This document shows positions 1 to 10,243 of a DNA stretch of 20,648 nucleotides, one piece after another. A program made the translations under genes and the position numbers. Source of the stretch: Methanobacterium sp. Lineage in GTDB: Archaea > Methanobacteriota > Methanobacteria > Methanobacteriales > Methanobacteriaceae. The stretch covers positions 845-21,492 of the forward strand of contig PMWA01000091.1 in assembly GCA_003166335.1 (NCBI GenBank). The letters run 5' to 3'. The first letter of the stretch is position 1. Each line of letters begins with the position of its first letter. The notes under the pieces were generated by a model that was not told the DNA's origin, did not search any database, and worked only from the letters and a program-made list of their open reading frames with translations.

Positions 1-106
1 GAATAATACCGTCATGATGGCAGTAAAAACATCGGATATTACAGCGATTTGTTATGGAGATGCGGAGTGATAGTACCGGCCGCTGGAAATTATCAGTTTT
101 CACCAT
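1..106 (-). CDS. moaA: GTP 3',8-cyclase MoaA, 5' part only (runs off the window); absent from the ORF track
   Basis: Manual translation from ATG at 106 gives [35 protein letters not shown]. This has the MoaA-type LRISIT-x-RCNxxCxYC radical SAM motif. It overlaps the end of mobB by 14 nt. Confidence 0.9.
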   Translation of the reverse strand, partial: MVKTDNFQRPVLSLRISITNRCNIRCFYCHHDGII

Positions 107-797
107 TTCTTATAATCAACTCCACATTTTCTTGAATAGGTTCTTTACCATGGGTTTTGAGTGAATTTATCATACCCAAAACGCTTTTTTTTATAAAATC
201 CTGGACAAATGGATTTAAATGAATGGGTTCATCTCCAATGTAAAGTTCCACTTCCATTATTTTTTTCATTTTACATTCTTTTTCAGATGTTTCGCCCCTA
301 ATAATGGCCCGAGCCATATCCAGACAGTTATCGAAACCACACTCTCCGCAATTTCCATAAGGAATTATACCGTAAGTTCTTTCTTCCAATAAATCCACCA
401 GTGGAGGTATATCTTCCTCATGTATTTGAAACACATTTATATTAGTTATAGTAAACTCGTCTTTAACATCATCGGTTGATATTTTAGGATAATTAGCGAA
501 TTTAAATCCTTCTATGATAAGATAATCAAGTTCTTTCATGCTGTTGATTATTTTAAGGATTTTATCCAATTTTAATTCATCTTTAATTAGAAAAAAAGTA
601 GTCTCTCCAGATCCTACCACTAACTCAGATCCTGCTTCGCGATGCTTCCAAGTGTCTTTACCTTCCAAGTCTAAATCGTGATGAGTATGCTTGACGGTTC
701 CTACACGGTAACCTCTTCTAACCAGTTCACTGACTATTAAAGTGACTAATGTGGTTTTACCCGTGTTTTTAGTACCTGCAACTCCTATTATCTTCAT
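93..797 (-). CDS. mobB: Molybdopterin-guanine dinucleotide biosynthesis protein MobB with C-terminal Fe-S domain
   Basis: P-loop [15 protein letters not shown], DxxGKDTWKH and IIEGFK motifs; C-terminal CGECGFDNC...C cluster; GGAGGAG RBS; next to moaA. Confidence 0.92.
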   Translation of the reverse strand: MKIIGVAGTKNTGKTTLVTLIVSELVRRGYRVGTVKHTHHDLDLEGKDTWKHREAGSELVVGSGETTFFLIKDELKLDKILKIINSMKELDYLIIEGFKFANYPKISTDDVKDEFTITNINVFQIHEEDIPPLVDLLEERTYGIIPYGNCGECGFDNCLDMARAIIRGETSEKECKMKKIMEVELYIGDEPIHLNPFVQDFIKKSVLGMINSLKTHGKEPIQENVELIIRNGEN

Positions 798-1106
798 AAA
801 AGCTCCTCCTACAATTATCTATGTGGATCATATAATAATAATGTATAATATTTTGAAGGAATTCTCAGTTTAAGTATAATTTATTAGAATTGGTAAATTT
901 TTATTCTGACTTTAGTTAATGAAATGAGTTTGTAAATTCTAATTTTTTTTAATTTTTTATTTTTATTACTTAACCTTTAAAACTGGAGGATAGAATAATC
1001 ACAAGTATTTTATAATTTAACATCCTTTAATTATTAATTATACTCTGATATCATTTGCTAAAGATTTAAATGATGAACAGGAGTCTTATATATGATAATT
1101 AATTAG

Positions 1107-1121
1107 TGTGTTAAATACACA
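1107..1121. promoter_or_regulatory. Palindromic putative operator 1 upstream of the fwd operon (TGTGT-N5-ACACA)
   Basis: TGTGTtaaatACACA is a perfect 5-bp inverted repeat; a second related copy lies at 1182-1196. Confidence 0.6.
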
Positions 1122-1154
1122 TCAGTATTTATATTTTTTGGTTAAGTTTTATTA

Positions 1155-1170
1155 GAAATATATATATTAA
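1155..1170 (+). promoter_or_regulatory. Putative BRE/TATA box of the fwd operon
   Basis: GAAA followed by TATATATATTAA about 40-50 nt upstream of the fwdH ATG. Confidence 0.55.
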
Positions 1171-1181
1171 ATAAGAAGTTA

Positions 1182-1196
1182 AGTGTAATCAACACA
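1182..1196. promoter_or_regulatory. Palindromic putative operator 2 (GTGT-N5-ACAC) near the predicted fwd transcription start
   Basis: aGTGTaatcaACACa; its extended reverse complement GTGTGTTGATTACAC matches site 1 (GTGTGTTAAATACAC) at 13 of 15 positions. Confidence 0.6.
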
Positions 1197-1208
1197 CATG
1201 GTGTCCAA

Positions 1209-1670
1209 ATGCCAAAACATATAGTTTCAGGATTAAAGTATCTGACAGCAGTGGAGCTAATAAGAGACGGATTCAGTCAAAAAGATGTGGCTAATATACT
1301 TGAAATGGATAGATCAACCGTTTCACACTACTTGAATGGTAGAAACCTGTCATGGAACTCCATAGAAGTAGCAGAAATCATAACCAATTTTTGCTCTAGA
1401 GATTTCCTAACTTTGACTTACGCCCTTTTAAATGATTCTGAAAAGACAAGAATCATAATAAAAACTTGTTCAAAAAAAAAATATCAGGCAAAAGTTGAAG
1501 ATTCATGCATAGGCTGTGGACTTTGCGCAGATACTTGTCTGATGAACGCTATCATACTAGATGATCTAAAAGCAGAGATTGATGCTGAATGGTGCTGTGG
1601 ATGTCTAATGTGTGGGGATGTTTGTCCCACTAACTCAATAAAAATTTCGGAGGAAAAAAATGGTAGCTAA
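1209..1670 (+). CDS. fwdH: FwdH: N-terminal helix-turn-helix fused to a 2x[4Fe-4S] ferredoxin domain
   Basis: HTH-like [33 protein letters not shown] and [12 protein letters not shown] motifs; first gene of the fwd operon. Confidence 0.85.
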   Translation: MPKHIVSGLKYLTAVELIRDGFSQKDVANILEMDRSTVSHYLNGRNLSWNSIEVAEIITNFCSRDFLTLTYALLNDSEKTRIIIKTCSKKKYQAKVEDSCIGCGLCADTCLMNAIILDDLKAEIDAEWCCGCLMCGDVCPTNSIKISEEKNGS

Positions 1671-2721
1671 TGTTAAGGAAGTTAAAGCTAAAGAAGTTAC
1701 TGTAAAACGCGCTTCACCAGAAGAAAAGCGAGAACTCTCCTTTAAAGATGAAATCTGCGTTGGCTGTGGCATATGTGAAAAAATCTGCCCAGTACAAGCA
1801 ATAGAGCTAGGCCCTATCAATGCGATAGAAAGAACAGGCGTAGAAGAGTCTAAAATATCAATAGACGAAACTAAATGTGTACTTTGCGGTATGTGCAGTT
1901 CAGTATGCCCAGTAGATGCTTTAGAATTTGATATAGACGAAAAATCCATAAAAGAAATAGAAGGATATCCAAAACTAATCAAATCTGCAGAAATCAGCGA
2001 TGAAGACTGTATTTACTGTAAAGCATGTGAAACAGCCTGCCCCCGTGACGCCATAACCATAGCCAGAGTACTGCCAGATAGATCTAAACTCGTGACTGGT
2101 GAAATCGAAATTGACAAAGAAACCTGCGTAAGTTGTGGTATTTGTGAAGAAATGTGCCCAGCAGATGCTATAACTATGGAACATCATGAACCAACATCCG
2201 CAGAACCCACCGTATCCACCGATATTAATGTGGATAAGGAAAAATGTGTGTACTGTCTAATTTGTAAAAAATCTTGTCCAGTAGATGCTATAAAAGCCGT
2301 ATGTAGAAGCTGCTCTTACGGAGAATACGACCTCAACCCAGAAGACACTGAAATTAAAGGAAGTTCATTCATAGATGAAGAAGCCTGCGTAGACTGTGGA
2401 TGGTGTCAAGAAATCTGCCCTGTAGATGCAGCCCACGTTGAAAAAGCATTTGAAGGTGAACTTTTAATAGATCAAGAAAAATGTGAAGCATGCGGAGCCT
2501 GCCTTGAAATCTGCCCTTGCAATGTCCTATCATTCCCTAAAGAAGAGTTTGGAAAACAAGGCGCTGAAAATGTTAGAGCAGAAGAAAAATACTGCATATA
2601 CTGCGGAGCATGTGAAAAAGCATGTCCAGTAGAAGCTATAGAAGTTAAACGTACAGCAGTTAAACATACTCCCACCAAATCTAAATCATGGGAGAAAAAG
2701 ATGGAATCACTTAAAACCTAG
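1660..2721 (+). CDS. fwdF: Formylmethanofuran dehydrogenase subunit F (polyferredoxin)
   Basis: Eight CxxCxxCxxxCP motifs plus an extra CRSC; position in the operon. Confidence 0.93.
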   Translation: MVANVKEVKAKEVTVKRASPEEKRELSFKDEICVGCGICEKICPVQAIELGPINAIERTGVEESKISIDETKCVLCGMCSSVCPVDALEFDIDEKSIKEIEGYPKLIKSAEISDEDCIYCKACETACPRDAITIARVLPDRSKLVTGEIEIDKETCVSCGICEEMCPADAITMEHHEPTSAEPTVSTDINVDKEKCVYCLICKKSCPVDAIKAVCRSCSYGEYDLNPEDTEIKGSSFIDEEACVDCGWCQEICPVDAAHVEKAFEGELLIDQEKCEACGACLEICPCNVLSFPKEEFGKQGAENVRAEEKYCIYCGACEKACPVEAIEVKRTAVKHTPTKSKSWEKKMESLKT

Positions 2722-2738
2722 AATCGAGGTGGACAATT

Positions 2739-2972
2739 ATGGTAGAATTAAAAGTAGATCAGGATAAATGTCTGGGATGCGGTAATTGTGTGGTTTCATG
2801 CCCTGTAAACGGAGCAATCAGCCCTGAATCAGCTGGCGGACACGGACCTAAAACAGAAGAAGTAATAATGATGGTGGAAAACGGGTTAGTTAAACTATTT
2901 AATGTGGATAAATGTACTCAGTGTGGAACCTGCCCACTTTTCTGTCCAACCGATGCGATATATCTGGAATGA
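2739..2972 (+). CDS. fwdG: Formylmethanofuran dehydrogenase subunit G (2x[4Fe-4S])
   Basis: [14 protein letters not shown]...GGHGP and [12 protein letters not shown] motifs; GAGGTG RBS. Confidence 0.9.
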   Translation: MVELKVDQDKCLGCGNCVVSCPVNGAISPESAGGHGPKTEEVIMMVENGLVKLFNVDKCTQCGTCPLFCPTDAIYLE

Positions 2973-2982
2973 GGTGTTATTC

Positions 2983-3471
2983 ATGACTTATATAGACAAA
3001 CCCAGTATTTCAAATGTTATAAAATTTGATGAACTCAACGTGGCTAAGGTTGATCAATTAAAGGTAATGCTCAATACAGGAACCGATATCTACCAGGGAG
3101 CTTGTAAAAAAAGAGGATCTACTCTAAAAGACGAGTACCGGAAAGTAGCCGGTGTAGCCTATATGGATCCTAAAGACATGGCTAAATTAGGTGTAGGTAA
3201 TTGGGACAGTGTATTAGTAAAATCTGATTGGGGTGCAGTAGTAGTTTACTCAGCCCATTCAAGGGACGCTCCCCATGAAGGAATGATATTCATTCCAAAA
3301 GGCCCCTGGGCTAATGTAATTGTTAGTAATGAAACATACTGTTGCAGTGACCCCACTTACAAAGGAATTGAAGCCACAGTAGAAAAATCGGATAAAGAAG
3401 TACTATTAATGGCTGATTTAATGAAAGAAGTGTACCAAAAATATACCAAGAAAGTTAAGGAGGTGGATTAA
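2983..3471 (+). CDS. fwdD: Formylmethanofuran dehydrogenase subunit D; start reassigned to ATG 2983
   Basis: [20 protein letters not shown] and PTYKG motifs (molybdopterin dinucleotide-binding domain). GAGGTG RBS at 2971-2976 supports 2983 over the ORF-track start at 2902. Confidence 0.9.
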   Translation: MTYIDKPSISNVIKFDELNVAKVDQLKVMLNTGTDIYQGACKKRGSTLKDEYRKVAGVAYMDPKDMAKLGVGNWDSVLVKSDWGAVVVYSAHSRDAPHEGMIFIPKGPWANVIVSNETYCCSDPTYKGIEATVEKSDKEVLLMADLMKEVYQKYTKKVKEVD

Positions 3472-3472
3472 G

Positions 3473-4813
3473 GTGGGATACGAAGAACCGGTAACTGACT
3501 ATGATAAAATCGTTGAAAACTGTACCTGCGCATTTTGCGGGAGTAACTGTGATGATTTAGATTGTCTCGTCAAAGACAATCATGTTGTTGCAGTAAGACA
3601 TGCCTGCCGACTCGGTGCTAGTAAAATCATGGAAGATGAAGACCAGAGACTTAAGGTCCCTATGATGCGAAATGAAAACGGTGAACTGGTGGAAGTAGAA
3701 TGGGAAACAGCTTTGGATGCAGCAGCTGAACTCATTGCTAACTCTGTAAGACCATTATTCTATGGTTGGAGTGAAACATCCATAGAAGCCATGAAACCAG
3801 GTCTTGAACTTACAGAACTGGTGGGAGCAGTTATAGACAACCAGGCCACCATTTGTCACGGACCAACTGTCCAGGCCGTTCAAAACGTGGGTTATCCCCT
3901 CATGACTCTCGGTGAAGTAAAAAACAGGGCGGATATGGTGGTTTATACTGGAAGTAACCCTATGAATGCTCACCCCCGACACTTATCTCGTTACACTACT
4001 TTCCCTAAAGGTTGGTTCAGGAAAAGGGGAAGATATGATAGAACATTGGTTACTTGGGATCCTAAATACAGTGACACTGCTAAACTCTCAGATATCTGGA
4101 TACCTTTCGAAGAAAACGGTGATTATGAATTTGTAAATGCAATAAGAGCTGTTTTAAAGGGTAAAAAACTTAAAAAAGATGTTATAGCCGGCATTCCTAC
4201 AGAAGATATTTATGAATTAACCGAAAAAATGAAGAACACTCAATTTGGTGCTCTCTTCTTCGGACTTGGTTTAACTCACACTTTATCTAAACAGAGAAAC
4301 ATTGACATAGCTATTCAACTTGTACAAGACCTTAATAAATACACTAAATGGGTGCTTCTACCAATGAGGGGCCACTTCAACGTTAATGGTTTTAACATTT
4401 TCATGTCCTATGAAATGGGATTCCCTTATGGTGTTGATTTCTGCAGAGGATACCCTCGATACATGATTGGAGAAACAACCACTATAGATCTTTTAAACAG
4501 AAAAGAAGCTGATGTATTCCTGGTAATTGCAGCAGATCCTGGTGCACACTTCCCAAGCGGAGCCAACATGCACCTGGTAGACATTCCCGTAATCCAGATC
4601 GATATACATTGGGGACCCACCACTGAACTGGCGGATATTGTTCTACCTGGAACATTCATTGGTGTGGAAACTGCAGGAACCAGCTACCGAATGGATTCAG
4701 TCCCACTTAACATGAAAAAGGCTATAGATCCACCTGAAACCTGTAGAGAAGATGAATGGATCGTAACCGAATTACTTAACAGGGTTAAAAAGATAAAAGA
4801 AGCTAGTAAATAG
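3473..4813 (+). CDS. fwdB: Formylmethanofuran dehydrogenase subunit B (W/Mo-bis-PGD catalytic subunit, Cys ligand)
   Basis: [11 protein letters not shown]e-S motif, ACRLG, ICHGP metal-ligand motif, [24 protein letters not shown]. Confidence 0.95.
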   Translation: MGYEEPVTDYDKIVENCTCAFCGSNCDDLDCLVKDNHVVAVRHACRLGASKIMEDEDQRLKVPMMRNENGELVEVEWETALDAAAELIANSVRPLFYGWSETSIEAMKPGLELTELVGAVIDNQATICHGPTVQAVQNVGYPLMTLGEVKNRADMVVYTGSNPMNAHPRHLSRYTTFPKGWFRKRGRYDRTLVTWDPKYSDTAKLSDIWIPFEENGDYEFVNAIRAVLKGKKLKKDVIAGIPTEDIYELTEKMKNTQFGALFFGLGLTHTLSKQRNIDIAIQLVQDLNKYTKWVLLPMRGHFNVNGFNIFMSYEMGFPYGVDFCRGYPRYMIGETTTIDLLNRKEADVFLVIAADPGAHFPSGANMHLVDIPVIQIDIHWGPTTELADIVLPGTFIGVETAGTSYRMDSVPLNMKKAIDPPETCREDEWIVTELLNRVKKIKEASK

Positions 4814-4823
4814 GTGATTTTCA

Positions 4824-6533
4824 ATGGAATACATATTAAAAAATGGTATTGTATACGATCCTATCAATGAAGTAAACGGAGAAAAAAAGGACGTAATGTT
4901 CAAGGATGGAAAAATAGTTGACAATGTATCAGACAGTGCTAAAGTACTAGACGTTACTGACAAGTTAGTGATGCCTGCGGGAGTAGACGTGCATTGTCAC
5001 CTTGCCGGTCCAAAACTTTGTTTGGGAAGATTATACAGACCAGAAGATGAAAGAAGAGGAGTAAAACCTAAAACTGATATTACCAGGGCAGAAACAGGAT
5101 TTTCCATACCAAGTTGTCCTGCCACAGGATATAGGTACTCTAGAATGGGCTACGGGACTGTAGTGGAAGCTGCGGTACCTCCATTAGAAGCAAAACATAC
5201 TCATGAGGAGATAATTGCTATCCCTAATATCGACATTCCAACACTACCACTGTTTGGAAATAACTGGTTTGTATTGCAATTCGTTAAAGAAGGTAATATA
5301 GAGGATTTAGCTGCATTTGTATCGGCATGGTTAAAGATAACCAAGGGATACGGTGTAAAACTTGTTAACCCCTGTGGAAGTGAAGCATGGGGTTGGGGTA
5401 TGAATGTGCATGGAATAGATGATCCCGCACCATATTGGGATGTAACAGCCAGAGAAGTAATAAGAGGATTGGCTGAGGCAAATGAGATGTTGGGATTACC
5501 ACATTCTATACATGTCCATCCTAACGACTTGGGTCATCCAGGAAACTTCCCTACTACCTTAAATACTATTGATTGCATGAAGGATATTAAAAAGAACAGT
5601 GAATACAGAAATCAGACCATCCATTTAACGCACGCACAGTTTCACTGTTATGATGGTACTAGTTGGAGGGATGTTACTTCCGGTGTCGAACCAGTTGCAG
5701 ATTACATAAACAAGCATGATCATGTAACCATGGATATGGGGCAGGTAACTCTTGATGAAACCACCACTATGACTGCTGATGGACCTATGGAGTACGATCT
5801 ATATGAGCTCACTGGTTTGAAATGGGCTAACAAGGATATTGAATTGGAAACAGCATCTGGGCTTGTTCCTTTCATTTACTCTGGAAGAAACCCGGTTCAC
5901 TCCCTCCAATGGGCTATTGGACTGGAATTAGCTCTTACGATTAAAGACACATGGAAAGTTGCCTTAACCACTGACAGTCCCAACGCTGGTCCATTTATCA
6001 GATATCCAAGAGTCATCTCTTGGTTGATGAGTAACCAGAGAAGAATGGAAATGATGGATAACAAGGAAGTTCACTCTTGGGCAGCGAGAAAATCATCTTT
6101 AGCAACTCTTGACAGAGATTATGATTTCTACGATATTGCAACCATCACTAGAGCTGGACCATCTAAAATCTACGGATTTGAAGATAGAGGTCACTTGGGT
6201 GTAGGAGCGCTGGCAGATATTGCAGTTTACGATCTGGAACCAAACAACTTCGATCCTTCAATAAACGCAGCGGCAGTGGAACAAGCCTTTGGAAATGCTT
6301 TGTACACCATCAAAGATGGTGAAGTACTGGTTAAAGATGGTGAAATCGTTAAAGTAGTATCTAGTAGACATGTTTGGTCTAATGTACAGGGCTTTGAAGA
6401 CGAAGAGAAAAGAGTAATCGAGCAGATCATGCCCATGTTCAATAAATACTATACGGTCAAATTCGAGAACTACAAAGTACATGACCACTACGCAGAACCA
6501 TCATGTGAATATAAAATTAATGCAAGTAAATAG
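4824..6533 (+). CDS. fwdA: Formylmethanofuran dehydrogenase subunit A (amidohydrolase fold)
   Basis: DVHCH metal motif, GVKLVNP (carboxylated Lys), [35 protein letters not shown]. Confidence 0.96.
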   Translation: MEYILKNGIVYDPINEVNGEKKDVMFKDGKIVDNVSDSAKVLDVTDKLVMPAGVDVHCHLAGPKLCLGRLYRPEDERRGVKPKTDITRAETGFSIPSCPATGYRYSRMGYGTVVEAAVPPLEAKHTHEEIIAIPNIDIPTLPLFGNNWFVLQFVKEGNIEDLAAFVSAWLKITKGYGVKLVNPCGSEAWGWGMNVHGIDDPAPYWDVTAREVIRGLAEANEMLGLPHSIHVHPNDLGHPGNFPTTLNTIDCMKDIKKNSEYRNQTIHLTHAQFHCYDGTSWRDVTSGVEPVADYINKHDHVTMDMGQVTLDETTTMTADGPMEYDLYELTGLKWANKDIELETASGLVPFIYSGRNPVHSLQWAIGLELALTIKDTWKVALTTDSPNAGPFIRYPRVISWLMSNQRRMEMMDNKEVHSWAARKSSLATLDRDYDFYDIATITRAGPSKIYGFEDRGHLGVGALADIAVYDLEPNNFDPSINAAAVEQAFGNALYTIKDGEVLVKDGEIVKVVSSRHVWSNVQGFEDEEKRVIEQIMPMFNKYYTVKFENYKVHDHYAEPSCEYKINASK

Positions 6534-6544
6534 GGGTGTTAACT

Positions 6545-7354
6545 GTGAAACAAATAACCTTAACTCCAAAAAAGTTTTCCAGCATTGCCCTGGAATTTGA
6601 TGAACTTATTCTAGATGAAATATACAACTGGGATAAAGCAGACTTCGATAAGTATATGGTGCCTATTGGAAACTCTCGTTTCCCACTCAATGACTATTTT
6701 AACATAGAGGTAAAAGGTTCCGCTCAAGGACCTGAAGATGTTAAAATGGTTATAGATGGAGACGCAGGCAGAGTAAAATATATCGGATGTAAAATGAGTG
6801 CCGGAGAAATAATTGTTAACGGCGACGCAGATCTCCAAGCCGGTGCAGAGATGACCGGAGGTTCTTTAACTATAAATGGTAACGCTGAAAGCTACGCGGG
6901 TAGAGAAATGAGGGGCGGAGAATTAACCATAAAGGGTAATGTTAAAGAATACGCTGGAACATCTTATATTGGTGAGTGGAGAGGTATGAGTGGAGGAGTT
7001 ATAAATATCCACGGAAATGCCGGTAAACAACTTGCCGATGCCATGTCCGGTGGTGAAATCTACGTTAAAGGAAACTGTGACATACTGGCCGGTATCCATA
7101 TGACAAAAGGATACATTCAGATAGATGGTGACGTCACTCGCTGGCCTGGCGGCCAGATGAAAAACGGCACTATAGTTATCAACGGAAAACTCGGCAGACT
7201 CCTAGAAGGTTTTGAATCTGAAGGAATTGTAGCCGACCCTGAAGTTGATGGAAGACAGTTAACTGGTAGATACATTAAATACAAAGGGGACATCGGTGTT
7301 AACGGAAAAGGAACTTTATTGCTCAACGCAGAGAAAAACAGAAGTTTACTCTAA
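6545..7354 (+). CDS. fwdC: Formylmethanofuran dehydrogenase subunit C (beta-helix)
   Basis: Repeated GxxMxGGxIxIxGNA motifs and GEWRGMSGG. The GGGGTG RBS at 6533-6538 favours GTG 6545 (alternative start 6536). Confidence 0.93.
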   Translation: MKQITLTPKKFSSIALEFDELILDEIYNWDKADFDKYMVPIGNSRFPLNDYFNIEVKGSAQGPEDVKMVIDGDAGRVKYIGCKMSAGEIIVNGDADLQAGAEMTGGSLTINGNAESYAGREMRGGELTIKGNVKEYAGTSYIGEWRGMSGGVINIHGNAGKQLADAMSGGEIYVKGNCDILAGIHMTKGYIQIDGDVTRWPGGQMKNGTIVINGKLGRLLEGFESEGIVADPEVDGRQLTGRYIKYKGDIGVNGKGTLLLNAEKNRSLL

Positions 7355-7382
7355 AAACGTTGAACTTATAAAGATTTCTAAA

Positions 7383-7392
7383 TTTTTTTTTT
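7383..7392 (+). terminator. Oligo-T tract, probable archaeal terminator of the fwd operon
   Basis: Run of T about 30 nt after the fwdC stop; a second T run follows at about 7408-7416. Confidence 0.45.
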
Positions 7393-7499
7393 AGACATTG
7401 GAAATAAATTTTTTTTAATAGGATGCATTCTAAATAATACTTAAAATTTAATGAAAAATTGAATTAAATAAAGATTAAACAAAAGTTTAGTTGATACAC

Positions 7500-7784
7500 A
7501 TGGAAAAAGAACTAAATCTGAAAAGCGATGAAGCCCTAGATTATATCAAAAATAACGTTGAAAATTATGATACCTTAGAGATATCCTTTAACAGAATATT
7601 TGTTCCAGGAGAAGTATTAGATATAGATGCGGATGAAGAAGAAAGTTTAAAACTTTTAATTCAAATGAATGGTGAATTAGTTAACGACACAGTTCAAATA
7701 GACTTGGTACGTATAAAAGACGATATACTGGAAATAAGACACATAAAAGATGATAAGTCTATTCTAATTGTAGTAGATGCTTAA
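7500..7784 (+). CDS. DUF2097-like conserved archaeal protein, paralog 1
   Basis: Acidic ~94-aa protein with the EALDYIKNNV..YDTLEISFNRIFVPGEV signature; clearly homologous to the next ORF. The family assignment is from memory. Confidence 0.7.
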   Translation: MEKELNLKSDEALDYIKNNVENYDTLEISFNRIFVPGEVLDIDADEEESLKLLIQMNGELVNDTVQIDLVRIKDDILEIRHIKDDKSILIVVDA

Positions 7785-7919
7785 AAAGAATTCAGTAAAC
7801 AAAAAACCTATTGTATTTTTCATTTAATTAATAAATTTAATATATTATAAACATCATAATCTATTATTACAAAAAAAGAACTTATTTATGTAATGCTTAT
7901 CCCCTGAAGGTTTGATATT

Positions 7920-8240
7920 ATGGAGAAAATGTTAACAATGGATTGTGATGAGGCCATAGACTATATCCGGAAAAATGTGAAAATTTATGATAATCTAGAA
8001 TTATCTTACCATAGAGTTTTCACTCCCGGTGAAGTTATCAATATTGAAGAATATGACTGCGATGAAGACCGGAAAAGCTGTCGAGTCATAGTACAAATTC
8101 AAGGAGAAAATGTGGGTCAAAGCGTGGAGGTTGACTTAGAATCAATAAAGGATGATTTAATTGAAATCAGACATCTACCCACAGGTGAAGAATACCCCAC
8201 CACTATTGTTATAGAAAAATGTGAATCAGAACTGGAATAA
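7920..8240 (+). CDS. DUF2097-like conserved archaeal protein, paralog 2
   Basis: EAIDYIRKNV..YDNLELSYHRVFTPGEV...IKDDLIEIRH aligns along its length with 7500-7784. Confidence 0.7.
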   Translation: MEKMLTMDCDEAIDYIRKNVKIYDNLELSYHRVFTPGEVINIEEYDCDEDRKSCRVIVQIQGENVGQSVEVDLESIKDDLIEIRHLPTGEEYPTTIVIEKCESELE

Positions 8241-8270
8241 ATTTTTTTTAATTTTAATATTATTTTTATT

Positions 8271-9317
8271 TTAAAATAAGTGCACCGCAGTAGCCTTGAA
8301 ATAAGTCCAAACCATCTTCCCTATATTCAATTCCATGTCTAAGAATGACTGACGAGTTAAGAAAACCACTAACGGTTCTCCTACATCGATATTTAATTTA
8401 ATTAAAGCACCCTGATCAATTATTTCTTTAACCTGACCCTTGAACACGTTTCGAGCGCTGGTGGTAACTTTTTCCATTGATAAAGTGATGTCTTCAGGCC
8501 TCACTGTCATATGAACGTTACCTTCCTTCTGTTCAACGGAGTAAATCAATATATTCCCCGTGTTTATCACCGTCAGCTTCTCACCACCTTCCCGTGCAGT
8601 ACCTGCAATTATATTCTCAACTCCCACAAAATCGGCTACGAATTTATCCTTGGGATGTCTGAAGATTTCAGTGGTATCACCCACCTGTGATATCTCACCA
8701 TGTCTCAATATAGCGATGCGATCTGCAAGAGCTAAGGCTTCATCAAAGTTATGGGTTACATGTATAATGGTTGTATCAAATTTTTTATTTATTCCTTTCA
8801 TTTCTATTATTAACTCTTCTCTGGTAATCCTATCCAACGCACTCAAAGGTTCATCCATAAGTAGAAGCTTAGGATATATAATAAGAGCACGTGCTAAAGC
8901 TGTTCTCTGCTGTTCACCACCGCTTAAAGTTCGAGGCATGCGATTAGCCAGATGAGATATGCCGAAGAGATCCATAATTCCTTCGACTTCGGTTTTTATC
9001 TCCTCTTTCTTCCGTTTTCTTATGCTCAATCCGAAGGCTATATTCTCAAAAACGTTTTTATGCGGAAATAGCATATAATTTTGGTAAACAAAACCCACTC
9101 CTCTCTGTTCTGGCGGAAGTAAAGTAACTTCCTTGTCATTCATATAGATTTTACCAGAATCAGGATACCAAATTCCGGCAATTAACTCCAGAAGCATGGT
9201 TTTACCAGACCCACTGGGGCCTAAAATAACGAAGTACTCATCATCTTCCACTTCTAGGTTGATGTTCATTAATTTAAATTCTTTCCAATCCCTGGAAATG
9301 TTTTCAATCCGTATCAT
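8271..9317 (-). CDS. wtpC: Tungstate/molybdate ABC transporter ATP-binding subunit with C-terminal TOBE domains
   Basis: Walker [17 protein letters not shown] signature, LLMDEP, HVTH, TSARN TOBE motif. The GGGGTG RBS favours ATG 9317. Confidence 0.88.
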   Translation of the reverse strand: MIRIENISRDWKEFKLMNINLEVEDDEYFVILGPSGSGKTMLLELIAGIWYPDSGKIYMNDKEVTLLPPEQRGVGFVYQNYMLFPHKNVFENIAFGLSIRKRKKEEIKTEVEGIMDLFGISHLANRMPRTLSGGEQQRTALARALIIYPKLLLMDEPLSALDRITREELIIEMKGINKKFDTTIIHVTHNFDEALALADRIAILRHGEISQVGDTTEIFRHPKDKFVADFVGVENIIAGTAREGGEKLTVINTGNILIYSVEQKEGNVHMTVRPEDITLSMEKVTTSARNVFKGQVKEIIDQGALIKLNIDVGEPLVVFLTRQSFLDMELNIGKMVWTYFKATAVHLF

Positions 9318-10095
9318 AGACACCCCATCCCCTTATAAGCAATCTAACCACTACAAAAAGAGCTAAACATAAAGATATTAGTATAACGGAAATCGATGTT
9401 GCACCGGATAAACTAAAATTCTCGAATTGCTGGTAAATAATGGTGGGTGCAGCCAAGGGATAATAAGCTAAAATTACAATTGATCCAAATTCACTTATCG
9501 CTCTTGCCCAGCACATTATGGATCCCACCACAATGCTCCGTAAAGATAAAGGTAGTGATATAACGAAAAAAGTTCTCATTGAACCAGAACCCAGTGTTCT
9601 AGCAACCTTTTCCATACGAGGATCAACATTTTCAAATCCTTCCCGGGCAGAGTTTACAACAAAAGAAGAACTTACAAATAGCATGCATATAACCACTCCG
9701 GGGAGCGCATTTACAAAAGTGATGCCCAAATTATTAAATGGTGCTCCCAGTATACCACTGGAAGTGAAGACCAGTAGTAAAGCAATACCACTCACAGTAT
9801 GGGGTATAACAATCGGCACATCAATTATTGATTCTATAAATCCCTTTCCAGCGAAATCATGTCTTGCCAGGATATATGCCAGAGGCACTCCAAATATAAC
9901 TGCTAGAATAGTTGCAATTAGAGCAGAATATACACTAACCCATATAGCGCCAAGTACTGCACTATTTTGAAGATTTGAAATGATGGAATTAAGATTCGAC
10001 GATACCATTAGGTTGGCTATGGGGATTAGAATGAACAAAACCAGGAAAGACCCCATAAAAACAAAGAAGATAGTAGTATGATCTAATTTTCTCAT
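9304..10095 (-). CDS. wtpB: Tungstate/molybdate ABC transporter permease
   Basis: [15 protein letters not shown]-like EKVARTLG and WARAISEFG motifs; multiple hydrophobic segments. Confidence 0.88.
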   Translation of the reverse strand: MRKLDHTTIFFVFMGSFLVLFILIPIANLMVSSNLNSIISNLQNSAVLGAIWVSVYSALIATILAVIFGVPLAYILARHDFAGKGFIESIIDVPIVIPHTVSGIALLLVFTSSGILGAPFNNLGITFVNALPGVVICMLFVSSSFVVNSAREGFENVDPRMEKVARTLGSGSMRTFFVISLPLSLRSIVVGSIMCWARAISEFGSIVILAYYPLAAPTIIYQQFENFSLSGATSISVILISLCLALFVVVRLLIRGWGVYDTD

Positions 10096-10243
10096 TTTGG
10101 ATAATCCCGAGTTATAATGAATCTATTATATATTGAAGAATCTTTTAGATTTCTAATTGTTTAAAGTTTTAGTAAAAGTTTGATATCCAGTATTTAAAAA
10201 AAATAGAAAAAAGTGGAATTTTAATTTTTATTTACTATATAAT

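Noticed and set aside
3850..3865. Possible selenocysteine in FwdB
   Set aside because: The ligand codon is TGT (ICHGP) and there is no in-frame TGA.
1635..9970. Antisense ORFs inside the fwd and wtp genes (e.g. 1635-1982, 1975-2187, 2472-2678, 3755-3982, 4426-4659, 6227-6488, 6611-6838, 7117-7326, 8560-8955, 9518-9970)
   Set aside because: They lie on the opposite strand of well-supported genes and have no motifs; these are shadow ORFs.
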